From: Cyanophora paradoxa CCMP329
Lineage: Eukaryota > Plantae > Glaucophyta
Assembly (NCBI GenBank): GCA_004431415.1
Contig: QPMI01000515.1
Span: forward strand, 124,001 to 188,000
Reading direction: 5' to 3'
DNA length: 64,000 nucleotides
Position 1 is the stretch's first letter. Every line of letters starts with the position of its first letter. A program made the translations under genes and the position numbers. A model generated the notes under the pieces. The model ran no database searches. It was not told where the DNA came from and worked only from the letters and a program-made list of their open reading frames with translations. Shown one piece after another: positions 12,891 through 26,100 of this stretch.

Positions 12891-15704
12891 ATGCCGGGTG
12901 TAATTCACATTAAGAGCGGCGCTGAATTTGAGCGCTACACGCGCCAGAATGCCACCAAGGTCCGCGCCTGGTCGCCGCCGCGGAGCGCGCCCGGCCTGCT
13001 GCGAGCCACTGATTCCGACCTACACAGCTCGCCGTCGTGGATTGGACGGGTGCGTGCGCCTGGTCTCGCACCCTCGGCCCGCCTGAGCGCGCCCGCCATT
13101 TGACGCACTGACGCTGCCGCCGGCACATTTGCGCCTTGACAGCCAAGTGGGTGCGTGCTGCGCCGCCGAACGCCCCCGGTCACACGAAAACCCAACCTCA
13201 CGCGCCCCGCTCGCAGTGCGGCCCCTGCCAGCGCATCGCCCCGCTCTTCGAGCAGCTGGCAGCAAAGTACCCGGATGTCGATTTCCTGAAGGCGCGCTCG
13301 CCCGTCCCGCGCGTGCCGTGCCGGCGCCGCGTGCGCCCGGCGGCCGGCGAGCGAGCGAGCGAGCGAGCGGCCCGCAGGTGGACGTCGATGAGTGCTCGGA
13401 CCTGGCGCAGAGCAACGGCGTCCGGAGCATGCCGACGTTCCACTGTGCGTCGGCGCCCGCCCGCCCGGCGGGCGCGCCCGTTCCCGCGCCCGCCGCCGCC
13501 TGACCGGCCCGCCTGACCGCAGTCTGGAAGGGCGGGAGCAAGGCCCAGGAGTTCTCGGGGGCGGACCCGGGGCGCCTGGAGAGCACGATCCTCGCTCTGC
13601 GTCCGCCGCCGCAGCAGACGTTCGCCGGCTCGGGCCAGACCCTCGGCGGCGGCACGGGCCGCTCTCGCGTGCGCTTACCGCAGTCCTTCCTCACCGAATC
13701 TCTTCCTTACGCGGAGCAGCTGCTAGACCTCGCGCCGCCGCCGGGCGCCGCGGCGAAGCCGGCGAAGCCGCTGACGCCCGCCGAGCGCCGCGCGCTGGAG
13801 GCCGCGTCCGCCGCCGACGAGGAGGCCGAGCTGCAGGCGGGCGAGATTCGAATTTGATCCGAGATTTGATCCGCATTCGAATTTGATCCGGGATTCGATC
13901 CGATCCGCAGGAGGCGCTGCGGATGTCGATTCAGGAGGCGCGGAAGACGGCGGCGGCGCCGCCGCCCGCGCCCACTGTGCACGCGCCGCCTCCGACGGCG
14001 CTCGGCAGCGCGCCCGCGCCCGCGCCCGCCGCTCCGGCGGAGGCCGCGCCCTCCGCCTCCGCTGCCGCGCCGCCCGGCGACTCTGCCGCGCCGCCGGCGC
14101 CGGACGCCGCGGCGCCCGCCCCGATGGAAGTCGACTCGGCCGGGGCCACCGCCGTCCCCGCCGAGGGCTCCGGCTCCCCCGCCCCCGCCCCGCCGCCCAG
14201 AAGCTGCCCGTCAACCCTACCCTCCTCGCGGTGCCCCGTATCCCCCTTCTCGTACCCCGTTTCCGACTCTCCCCCACGCAGACGCTGCTCGAAATGGGCT
14301 TCCCCGAGGTTCGAGCCGCGAAGGGCCTCCTCGCCACCGGCAACAAGGGCGTCGAGCAGGCCAGCGAGTGGTCCGCCAGCGGGCGCCCCCGCACCCCTCT
14401 CCGGTCCCGTCCCCCCTACCCTCTCAAACCGTACCCCCCTGCAGGATCTTCGCTCACATGGAGGACCCGGACATCGACGAGCCCTGGACGTGCGCCCCGT
14501 CAACGGCGTAACCCCCTTTCCCCAAATCACCGTACCCCCCGCCAGGTTCGAGGGGACGGACGGGGGCAAGGTGCCCAACACGGCTCCGAAGGACGATCGG
14601 CCCATTGAGGTCCGCAAGAAGGAGTGCGTACCCCCTCCCACGCCTCCTGCCAGGACTCGTACCCCCCCAACCGACTTTCGGCGCAGGATGGAGGACAGGC
14701 TCGCGGCAATCCGCAAGAAGAAGGCCGAGCAGGTACCCTCAGGGCCCAGGCGGGGGTACAGCTCCGGGCCGGGGTACGGGATCCGAGCCTTCGTTCGCAG
14801 GAGGCGGAGGAGGCGCTCGAGCGCGAGCGCGCGCGCCGCGAGGCCGGCCGCAAGGCCGCCGAGGTGCCGTACCCCCTCCCCGACATCTTCCCCCCCCCCC
14901 CCCCGCGTGCTTTGCGAACCCTGTACCCCGCAGGAGGCGAAGGCGCTGAAGGATGCCGAAATCTTCCGCGAGGCCGAGCGCCGCAAGAAGTGCGGGGGTA
15001 CAGGGGCGGGACGGGGGGGTACCCGATCTCACTTTCGGCGCAGGGAGAAGCAGGACGACGCTGCGTACCGCCTCAAGCTGCGGGAGGAGCTGAAGCGCGA
15101 CAAGGAGGAGCGCGCCAAGAAGGTCTACCCCCTCCGCTTCTCCCCCCCCCCCGAACTCACGGACCGGCGGCGCGGGGGTAGGAGGCGGAGCGGCGCGGGC
15201 TGGTGCCCTCTCCCCCGGCGGCCGCCGCGGCGCCCGCGCCCGCGGCCGCCGCCGCCGCGCCGAAGCCCGCCGCCGCCGCGAAGGACTACAGCGAAGCCGC
15301 TATCCAGGTACCCCCTCTCTCTCCTCGTCCCCCCCCCACCTTGCGATCCCGTACCCCCAGATCCGCCTTCTGGACGGGTCCGTGATCAAGCAGACGTTCC
15401 AGCCCGGCGACAAGCTCCGCGAGGTGCCGTACCCCCCCTCCGATCTCCCCTCACGTACCCCCCCGGAACTCATCCCCCGCCCCCAGGTGGCCAAGTTCGT
15501 TGCGACGAAGCAGCCGGGCCCCTTCAACCTCGTCAACCGGTGCGGCGGACCCCCTACCCCCTCTCTACTGGCATCTCGTTGCCGATACACGTACCCCCCA
15601 GGAGCGCGTTCCCCCCCAAGACGTACAGCCCGGCGGACCTGGACGCGACGACGCTGCAGGCGGCCGGGCTCGTACCCTCCGGCACCCTCGTCGTGTCCAA
15701 GTAG
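12891..15704 (+). CDS. Thioredoxin-UIM-UBA-coiled-coil-UBX protein (UBXN1/SAKS1-like p97/Cdc48 adaptor with N-terminal thioredoxin)
   Basis: Spliced: VVDWTAKWCGPCQRIAP...VDVDEC...VRSMPTF (thioredoxin); DEEAELQEALRMS (UIM); LLEMGFPEVRAAKGLLATGNKGVEQASEWIFAHMEDPDIDEP (UBA); charged coiled coil; IQIRLLDGSVIKQTF...FPPKTY...TLQAAGLVPSGTLVVSK* (UBX). Confidence 0.9.
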
Positions 15705-16247
15705 CTATTTATAGAGGCGGGGAGGCCCGGGACCGGAGTACGTACCGGGACGACGGAGAGTAATTGTTCGTGTACAAAAGAGATCTTGGAGTTCGGGTCA
15801 GGATCAGAACCATCATGGCATCCTTATTTATAAGCCCCGGAATCGAAGCGCTTCACAGCGCCTGGAGCGCAGAACATGTACATGCAGGGGCTCGTTCGGT
15901 GATCCTACATCCCCGTAGAGCTGACCATTCGCCCTCGGGTCCAGTCTTGAAAGCAAATTAGCAACAGACTAATGACCACGGGATTTTAAATTTCGTGATC
16001 ATGATCAAAAGCCATCAGTCAGTTAGCAACAGATCTAGACCAATGGCGTCGGCCATATGCATGTGCCACGGTGTATTCGGGAAGTTATGAATTCATGATC
16101 ATGATCATGATATCGATCATGATCAAATCCATCCCTTGATCGCACGATCATGAGCCCTGAAAGCGTTTCGCAGTCTCTAGAAGCGAGCCGGTTTTAATTT
16201 GTGTAACTTTATTAGCAATAGACTAGACTACTAACAGCTGCAGTGCA

Positions 16248-19200
16248 TCAAGTACAAAAAGTATGCATGGGGTTGAGAGCGAAAAAGAGTGCTGGACAGC
16301 GCAGAGGAGAGGAGGAGCTGAACGGAAGAGGAGTGGGGGCGGGGCGGGGGCTAAGAGGACTGAGAGGCGGCGTCGGGGGCGGCGGGGGCGCGGCCGGCTC
16401 GCCCTCGGCCGGCGGCGGGAGGGGTTCTGCGGGCGGGGCCGCCGGGACGCCCGAGGGGCTCCGGGGGACGGCGGGCGCGGCTGCGGAGGCGGCGTTGGCT
16501 GCGGCGGTCCGCAGCGAGCCGCTGCGGGATCGAATCCCCGCGAGGCCGCTCCCGGCGGCCGGTGCCCCGTCCCTCTGCCCCGAGGCGCTCGCGGGGCGCG
16601 AGAGGAGCGACTTGGCGCTCGGCTGGCGAGACACGGCCGCCGACTGCGGGCGGGAGGCGGCCGGCGAGGCGGGCTTGGACGCGGAAGGCGAGGCGGAAGA
16701 AGAAGCGTTCAGCGCCGCCTTCGCCTTCTGCGCGGCCGCCGCGACGACTGCGGCGAGGGCCGGGGCGGAGGCCGACGCGCCGAGGGAGGCCGAGGAGGAG
16801 GGGCCGGCGGAGGGGGCGGCGGAGGAGACGCCGGGGGCCAGGAGGGGGCCCGGCTTGATCGGGGCCGCAGGCGCCTTCTCTGGAACCGGGGGCATTCCGG
16901 GAACCGAGGGGCCGAAGGTGCGTATGGCGGGGGCTGAAGGGGCCGGGGAGAGGCCCAGGCTCGCGCGGCGCGCGTCCGCCGATGCAGGGCGCCCGGCGGC
17001 GCTGCCGCGCCGCCCGGCCGCCGCCGCCGCCGCCTGCGCCGCCTGTACCCCTGCCGCGGCCGCGGTCTGCGCCGGCGGAGCCGCCGCGCCGCCCGCCGAC
17101 GAAGCCGCCGACGCGCTCCGCGGCCGACCGGCCTTCTTCTGCGCGGCAGTACCCCCCGCTCAGGACGCCCGTACCCCCCTCTCGTCAGCCGAGGCCTGGG
17201 GGTATCACCTTCTTCTTGGGGTCCTCCGGCGGCTCGGGCTTGGGGGGCACGTGCTGCGGGCAAGGGCGGGTCAGTCAGTCGGCCAGCCTGGCGAGCCGAG
17301 CCGAGCTCGGCCGCGGAGGGGTAGGGTCGAGGGGCTTCCGCACGATTCGGAAGGCGGGTACGAGGGAGAGGCGCGCCCGCTTCGCCAGCTGAGGAGCGGG
17401 ACAGTCGGTCAGGTCAACGGAACAGAACCCCATCGCGGTCTCTTCTTTCGTGTCCTAGCGAGCTTCTGCCTTTGATCTTTGATCTTTGACTTCGCCTAGG
17501 CGGCGCGAGCTCTCCATCGAAGCCCTCCTCTCTTCTCGATGTTGGCGGCGTCTTAAGCTCCTCCTAAAGAGAGTCTAACAGAAAGAGGGAAAGAAAGAGC
17601 CATTATGGGCTCAGCCATTACTCCCCTCGTCTCATACTGTTACTACTCGACGTTACAGCTCGCGCAGCTCTCTCCTCGACGTTGGAGACGTCTTAAGCTC
17701 CGTCTAAGCTCCTGTCTTATTCCCCTCGTCTTATTATTATTATCCGTTGCGCGCACCTCGATGTTGGAGACGACGATGACGTTGCGGGGGTGGTCGTGCC
17801 CCAGCGACGAGGTCAGGATCGCTGCCGGGGGGGGGGCGCATCAGGTGGGGGAAGGGGGAGGAAGGGCGGGGGCGGGCGGGGGCGGGAAATGGGAGGGGGG
17901 CGGGGCGGAGGACGGGGCGTTGTTTAGATTAGAGCCGGAGGGGGCGGGGGGCGGGGGAGGGGCAGGGGGAGGGGGCGTTGGGGCGGGGGGGCGCACAGTT
18001 CGCCATCGTGAACATGCGCAGCGCCTCCAGGATCTGAGGGAGGGGAGGGGAGAGGGCGCGGCGGGGCGCTCAGCAAAGGAGGAAGGAGCGGGCGGCGGCT
18101 ATGCTTGAACCCAGCTGTAAAGAGGGGAGCGGGCGGACCCTGTGCTGTGCGAGGCGGCAGGCGCCGATGTTGTTCATGACGACGGCCGTCTCGGGCGAGC
18201 GCGGCCCGAAGCAGCGCTCCCGCACCGACAGCGCCTCCGTCAGCGCTGCGCGGGGGGCGAGCGGGTCAGTCGTCGGCCTTCGACCCGCTTTCTTCTCCCC
18301 CGAGTCCGACTGTCTGCTCTATCCGCGCCGGGCCCTCCCGCCCTCCCGCCCGGCCCCTCTCTCCCCCCGCCGGGCCGCCCCGCCCCGCCCGCCCCGGCCG
18401 CCCGGCGCACCGTCGGCGGCGAGGTCGAACTCGGCGAGGTGGAAGTGGGCCGAGCCGACCAGCGAGAAGGCCATCCCCATCTGCACGGGGAGGAGGAGGG
18501 GCGGTTGGGTCCAGGGGGAGCAAGGGGAGGAGGAAGGCGCGGGGAGCTTTGGGGGCGCCTTCCGCGCGGGCGGGGCCCAACAACAGCCTTGTAGGAGGAG
18601 GCCTCGGGGCGGGGCGGGGCGGGGCGGGGGCGCACGAGGGGGTGCTCGGCCGGCAGCATCTCCAGCCCGATGTCCCGCGCGTCCTGCCGCCCCGGCGCCC
18701 GTCAGGCCCAAGCCGAGGCGCGAGGGGGCGGGCGGGAGGGGGGGGGGGGGGTGGGGGGGAGGGAGGGAGGGGGAGGGGCCGGGGACCTCTCCCCGCCTAC
18801 GGAAGCCTCGAAATGCATGCCTAGGGGGAGGAGGGGGCGGGGGCAAGCGGGGGCGGGGCGCGGGCGCGTCGGGCTCGGGCCGAGAGATAGATGGATAGAC
18901 AGCCCAAGGCGCGGGGCCCGTGGCCCGAGCGGGGGCGGGGCCCGTGGCCTGAGCGGGGGCGAGGGTGGGAAGAGGGCAAACGCACGAGGTAGGCCTTGAG
19001 GGCGACGCGGTCGCGGCACCCGCTCTCGTACACCTGCAGGCAGGGCGCGGGGCGCGTCGGCGGCGGCGGCGGCGGAAGCGGCGCGTCGGAGGGGCGGGGG
19101 CGAGGGCGGGGGCGCCCGCCGAAGGGCGGGGGCTGCGGGGCGCTCGACAGAAGGAAGCGAGCGCGTTCTAGCCCCTTCTAGCCCCCACCCGTCCCCCTCC

Positions 19201-22052
19201 CGGCTCTCGGGTGCGCGCGCGGGCGCACCTCGCCGCTGGCGAAGAGGAAGAACATCTCGATGTCGGCGGGGAGGCCCTGGCCCCGCGCCTTCGCCGCCGC
19301 CTTGTCCCCCTGCGCGAGCGGGGGCGGAGGCGGAGGCGGAGGCGGACGCGGAGTGAGAGGCGGCCGTCAGCGGCGATGAGCGGCGAGGGGGCGGAGACAC
19401 GCTCTTCAAGGGCGGCGGGTTAGGGACGAGAAACTATCGACGAGAAAGATAGATAGATCGGGCGCACCTGCGCGGCGGCGATCTATGAGCTTCTAAAATG
19501 ATCGATACATGTGTCCGTCTATCTATCTTTATCTGTCCGTCTATCTATCTTTATCTGTCCGTCTATCTATCTTTATTGGATGGACGGATCGATAAAGATC
19601 GCGCGCACCTGCGCGGCGGCGATCTCGCGCTGGCGGCGCTCGTGCTTGAGCCACTCCTCCCGCGCCGCCCGGTACGCCGCGATCGCGTTCTGCGGGGCCC
19701 GCGCGCGCCGGGCGCGTCAGGCGCGCCAGGAGCCGCACTGGGGCGCGGCGCGCGAAGTTCCTTCTGGAGCCGTACTATCATTCGCCGCTTGTTCTAATAG
19801 GTTCTAACAGGTTTCTGCTCTAATAGGTATTATAGGAAGCAGGTCTAATTCTCCGCGGCCTCTTAGAAGAGATGCAGTTCTTAGAATAGGTCTAATAGGT
19901 CTTATAGGAAGCGGGTCTAATTCTCTTAAGGCGGCGCACGTCGAAGTCGCCGCGGTTGTGGAAGACGAGGGCGGACTGGATCTCGTTGTGGATCCCGTCC
20001 GGCGCCGGCGGCGCCACCAGCACCTGCGGCGCGAGGAGGAGGAGGCCCCCGCGTCGGACGGGGTGGGAGGGGGGGGGGAAGGCGGGGGGGGGGCGTGGGG
20101 GCGAAAGGGGAGGCGCGGGCGCGGGCGGCGTCCTTCCAGAGCCTTCCACGGCTCTCTGGTGGACTCTCTTTTTGGGGCCGCCGCGTTCGAGCAGCGGAAG
20201 GGAAGGGAGAGGGAGAGCGCCCGGGGCCCTTCGGCGCGCGCGCGCGCCCCTCTCGTGCACTCTAGCCGAACTTTCTTCTTAGGGATTCAAGCCGACTGCT
20301 CTTCGGACGGACCTCGCGGACGGAGGCGAGGGGGGGGGGGGGGGGAACTAGGTCCCCAGCTAGGAGCGGGGCGTGGGTGGCGGAGGCGCCAGCTAGGCGA
20401 GCTCCCGTTCTGGTGGACTGAGGCTAGCTAGGTTCGGGTTCTCTGGGAGACTCGGGTTCTTTGAACTAGGCGAGCTCCCGCTCTAGAGGCGGCGGCGCCC
20501 CGTCCCCCGTCCCCCGCCCTCCCGCCTACGCCCAAGTGCGCGGGCGGACCTCGCGGATGAGGCGGGGGAAGTCGCGGTCCGGCGTGAACCCGTTCGCCGA
20601 GACCTGCCGGGGGGAGGCAAAAGGACGTCGGCGGTGGCGGGAAAAAGAGGGGGGGGTGAGATAAGGAGGGGTACGGCACCTTGATGACGCCGGTCCACTT
20701 GTTGTGGTCCCGCGGCTCGCCGAAGCGTGAGAAGAAGGCCGAGGGCGCCCGCATCTATTTTTGGAGCGAAGAAGGGTACGAGAGCCGTGAGGGCACGGGA
20801 GGGGGGGGGGCGGAGGGGGGTACGGGGGCGCACCATAGCCAGGGAGGATTTCCGGGTGGTGGGCTTGGGGGGAGACAGGCTCGTCAGGTCCACGTTGTCT
20901 ACGAAAAGAAGGGGAGGGGGAGAGGAGAAGGGTCAGGGGGGCGGAAATGTTCGAAATCGCTCGGAAATGTTCGGAATCGCTCGGAAATGTTCGAAATCGC
21001 TCGGGAATCGCTGGGAAAGCGGACCCGGGGGGAAGTGCCACTCCTTGAGGAAGCGGCGCTTGTAGGCCCCCGCGAGGTACTCGAAGAGCGCCCGAAGCTG
21101 CGGCGGGGCGGGGGGCGAGGGGCGCTCACGGTCAGGGCCCCGGGCGGGGCGAGGGCGGAGCGGAATTCAAAGGCTCCAGAAGGCGGGAATGAATTCAGAG
21201 GCGATAGATGAACGCTCTAGGAGCTAGAAACGACCTTCTAGAAGAAGAAGCCTCAGGGGCTCAGGGCCCCAGAAGGCGCGCTCGAGGTGCCCCGCTCTTT
21301 ATCTCAGATATGGATGTTGTCCTCTGAAAGCGCGCGCTCGCACCCGGACGCTGGGCTCGGGGAGCCCCCTAGTCTCTAGACGAAGTCTCTAGGCTAGGCT
21401 GGTCTCTAGACGAGCCCCCTTCAGAGATCTAATCCAGACGACGACGAATCCAGAATCTAAGTCTCTATAGACGGAATCTTTAGGCTCGCTAGTCGCTTGA
21501 GATCTAATCGTAGTTTCAAGGGGCTAATTGTCCCTTGGGTTCTTGAGAACGGCGGGCGCTCTTCTTATCTGTTTATCTCTCGAAAGCGGGCGCGCGGACC
21601 CGGACGCTGGGCTCGGGGAGCTCGCCGAAGCACATGATGGCGAGGCGGCACAGCAGCTCCTGGAACTCCCTGCGAACCGGGGCGGTCAGCCGGACTGGAG
21701 AGAGCTCCTGGCTCTTAGCGGTCCGCGCAGCCCGCCCCCGGCGGCTCTTAGCTCTTAGCTCTTAGCTCTAACTGCCCGGCGGCTATGCGCGCCCGGCAGC
21801 GGGGCGGGCGGACCGGAAGTCGATGGAGCAGTCGTTGTCGTCGGCGTAGAAGCCCGTGTTCGCCGCCCGGAACATCCGCGTCTGCGGGGTCGGGTCAAGC
21901 CGAGGCGAATCGAGGCGGCCGCGGCTTTTCGGCTCGGGGGTCGAGACGGGGAGGAGGGAGCGCACGACGCCCGTGATGGACATCAGGTCCGGGAAGAGGT
22001 TGAACTGCCTGCGCCGCCGGCCCGCCCCGCCCGTCTCAGAAAGAGAGGGGGG

Positions 22053-22086
<34 letters not shown>

Positions 22087-23080
22087 GGAAGGGGGGGAGG
22101 AAGGGGGGAGGAAAATGGGGGGGAAATGTTTTTGGAAAGGGGGGCAGGGGAGAAAGGAATGGCCGGCGCAGTGCGAATTCGTTCGAGTTCATTCGCGAAC
22201 CGGCCGAAGGAGAGGAACTCGCCGAGGGAGATGGAGGTGTTCGCCTGCCGCTGCTGGTTCCACCCCTTCGTCTTCACGGCGCCCACCGCCTCCTGCGTGG
22301 TGGAGGCTGTGAGCGAGTGGAGACCGGTGGAGCGGCCGGGGCAGCAGCGAGGGCATGATCTAGACCTAGATCCAGATCTACGGGGGAAGGCGACGCGAGG
22401 CGAGACGAGAGCAGAATGAAGGACACGATTGATCTAGACTCGATCTAGATCCGAGGCGCACGACGCCGAGGCCTGCGTAGTAGGTAAAGATGGTGCGGAC
22501 GGGGTCCACGCAGTAGTCCATAAGCCGCTGCACCTGCAGTAGAAGTAGAGGGGTGAGAGGGGGCTGGGGCGGGCGCGGTTTTGGGGGAACGGGGGCGGGT
22601 TCTAGGGCGGGGCGCGAACAGGCGGGCGCGATTCTAAGGGAGGCGGGGCGAGGGGAGGAGGGGTGGGGCGGGGCGGGGGCGGGGCGAGGCGGTGCAGCGC
22701 CGAGGCGAGGCGAGTCGGGCGCGGTTCTAGGGGAGGCAGGGAGGCCCGCACTTTAACCGCGCCCGGGCGGTTCTAGTGATTATTAGGGGCGGGGCGGGGC
22801 GGGGCGGGGGCGCACGGCGGGGTCGGCGAGCTGCTCGGCGATGGGGTCCGCCTCCTGCGGCTCCCGCCTGCGGAGAAGGTGGCGGTGAGGCAAAGACGCG
22901 CGAGGGCGAGGGCGAGGGCGGGGGCGAGGGCGAGGGGAGGCGCGAGGGGAGGCGCGAGGGGGATATGCCAGTTACTAGGAGCGGCGGGTCCCCTGCCCCC
23001 CTCGTTGATTTTAGCGCTCCTCCCAAGCTGCGCGTCAAGCTGTAGAGGCGGCGCCGCCCATCCGGAGAATGAGGCGCCAT

Positions 23081-23117
<37 letters not shown>

Positions 23118-26100
23118 GCCCCCGCCGCCGGACGCACTTGGCGAGGGGGTAGAGGTGCTTGGTGATGAGCTCGTCGACGGCGGCGATGATCGGCTCCGCG
23201 TCGCTCCGCCGCTTGAAGTCCGCGATGATGCACACTGCGCGCGGGAGAGCGGGGCGGGGCGGTTAGGCGGGCGGCGGCTACGAGGGCTCGCCTCTCCTGG
23301 CGGAGTCTGGAGGTTACGCTCTAGAGCCTGGGCATCGCCTCGACCGCGGGAGAGCGGGGCGGGGCGGGGCGGTTAGGGCGAGGGCGAGCGCGGGGGCGAC
23401 GACCCCGTGCGCGGGCGCCCGCGTGGGCGGTTAGGAGCGTGGGGGGCCGGGGCTAGGGGGCCTCGGCCCTCTCGGCGGAGCCTGGAGGCTGCGATCTAGA
23501 GCCCGGGAGATGATGACTCTAGGCCGCATCACGGCATCGCCTCGATCTAGTCTGGGCGGGCGGGGCGACGCCCTGGCCCCCTTAGGACGGCCCCCTGGCC
23601 TGAGGCTCTCTCGGCCGGGCTGGAAGATCTAGGGCTGAGCGCGGGGGCGACGCCCTGGCGGGCGCCCGGCCCGGCGGGGCGGGGCGGGGCGGGGCGGGGC
23701 GGGGCGGGGCGAGGCGGATCTAGAGGCTGGGGGATCTAATCTCGACCGCCTCGCCTCGATCTAGTCTGGGCGGGCTGGGCGACGCCCTGGCGCATCGGGC
23801 TGTCGATCTCGGCCGGGCTGGAAGATCTAGCTAGAGCTGAGCGCGGGGGCGGCGCCCTGGCGGGCGCCCGGCGGGGCGGGGCGGGGCGACGGGGCGCACG
23901 GGCTTGGCAGAACTCGTCCCACTGGAGGAGGGCGTCGAAGCTGTTGGAGACGCGCAGCACGTTCCGGAAGAGCGTCTCCAGGTCCTGCGCGTCGCCCGCT
24001 CGTCAGCCGCTGTCTGGCGGGGGTGGGGGGCGGGGTGGCTTGGGTGTGGTTTCGTTCATTTTGTTGGGTTAGATAGGGCGGGGGCGGCCCCGCTACAGGC
24101 CGTTCGCTCGTCGTTCGTTTAGTTCGTTCTTCGGTTCTTCGGCGCTTTGGGAAGCGGGCGGGGCGAGCAAAGGCTCGCCTGGGCGGTGAAGCGCTTGTCG
24201 AGCATGCCGGACTGCCGCACCAGCTACGGGCGCGCGAGGGGCGCCTCAGCGGACCGGCGGGCGGGCGGGCGAGAGGGGAGCTAGCCCCGCGGTGCCGCAA
24301 GGTCTAGAAGCCTCCTCGCGGGGGGCGCGGGAGGAGGTGAGGCGGTGCGCTCGAGTCGGCGGGCGGCGGGCGGGAGGGGAGCTAGCCCCGCGGTGGCGCG
24401 GGAGGAGGCGCGCTCGAGTTGGGCCGGCCGGGCGGCCGATGGCGCCAATTTAGGCCCCTAGTGCGGGAGGCCGGGGGCCCAGAAGGCCCAGAAGCTTCGC
24501 GGGGGCGGGCGGGGGGCTCGGGGCGGGGCCGGCGGGGGTGCGCGGGCACCTTGAAGAAGTTGGCGGCGGGCATGGAGTCGACGCGGGCCTTGGCCCCGAT
24601 CGAGCAGAAGTACGTGAACACCCCCTTCAGCTGCCCTGCGCGCCCCCGCCCCGCCCCGCTCAGCGACCCAACTTGGAGCGTTCTTCTAAGCAAGGGGCGC
24701 ACGGTCCTTCTTGCAGCGGAGGTAGGCCTCGGGGTTCGCCTGCAGCATCGCCTGCATCGCTGCGCGCGCGGCGGGGGGCGGGCGGCCTCAGCCGAGGCGC
24801 GGCGGGGCGACGCGGGGCAGCTCCTAGCTCCTAGAGGCGGGGCGGGGCGGGGAAGTTCATCGTCATCTAAGTAGTCTAAGCCCGAGATCTAGCTCCTAGC
24901 TAGAGCCTAGCTCCTCGCTCTTAAAGGCTTCTAGATCATCGCGGTCTAAGCACCGAGCTCTGGAGGCGGGAGCGGGGGCGGGGCGGGGCGGGGCGGTGCG
25001 GACACTGGAGGAACTCGGGTCCTTGGATCGCCTCAAAGACCGCCCTCGCCCCGCCCTGCCCGGGGCGCGGCGCGCGTCAGAGGAGGCGCGGCGCGGGGGC
25101 GGAGGAGGAGGAGGGCGGAGGCGCGGCCGGGCTCTCCCGGAGGAGGCGGGCGGCGTCGCGGAGGCGGGCGGGCGGCCGAATGAAACTAGCGCAGAGAAGC
25201 TGGAACTAGGAGCTAGGAACTAGGAGCCGGGCCGGGGTCGGGGCGGGCCGGGGCGGGGCGTCGAATGAAACTCCTAGCGCCCAGAAGCTAGGAACGCGGG
25301 ACAGGAACTAGGAACTAGGAACTAGGAGGCAGGCCGGGGTCGGGGCGGGGTCGGGGCGGGGCGGGCTCAGGGCGGGCTCGGAGCGGGCGGGGCGGGGCGG
25401 GGCGGGGCGCCTTGCGGGCGGCTGCGTCGCGGAGGCGGGCGGCCGACTCCTCCCGCGTCACCAGCGTCTCGTACCGCGCCTGCGGGGGGGAAGTGGGTGG
25501 GACTTGGGGAGGAGGGGAGAGGGGGGCGGGGCGGACCTGGCGCGTGCGGGGGGTGCGGAGGACCACCTGCGCGGGGCCGCGCACCCGCCCGCTCAGCCAA
25601 AACCTCAGCCGAGGCGCGAGGCTCATAGCGGGGGCGCGGGCGCGGCCGGGGCGGGGCGCACGCCGGCGACGCGCTCGGCGGCGGGGTCGAGGTGGTCGAC
25701 GAGCATCGCGAGGCGCTCGGCCGGTCCCAGGGGCTCCCGCCCCACCACCACCTGCGCGCAGGGCGGGGGTTAGATCCGATCCGGCCGGGGCGGGGAGGGG
25801 ACGGGGGCGGGGGCGGGGGCGGGGGCGTGGGCGACTCGGGGAGAGATGGGATCGCTTCGGGACGGCGGGCGGCGCTCTATAGCTTCTGTTAGCTAGCTGG
25901 CCAAGCTAGCTGGCTAGATTCCCAAGATAGGGCGGGGGCGGGGCGGAGCCGCGCTAACCTCAGCTGGGCTTCTAAGCGTCTAAGGCGCCGGGGGGGGGGG
26001 GCGGGGCCGGGGGCCGGGGCGGACCTTGCCGTAGACGTGGGAGCCGATGCGGGAGAGGACCTCCAGGAAGTCCTCGAAGTTCATCTCGTCCTGGGGAGGC

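Noticed and set aside
13923-15704. 593-aa ORF as one uninterrupted CDS
   Set aside because: It reads through stop-free GC-rich introns; the UBA and UBX motifs switch frame at splice sites.
19512-21020. Intronic minisatellites (22-mer x3 at 19512; 20-mer x3 at 20944)
   Set aside because: Ordinary short tandem duplications with no evidence of function.
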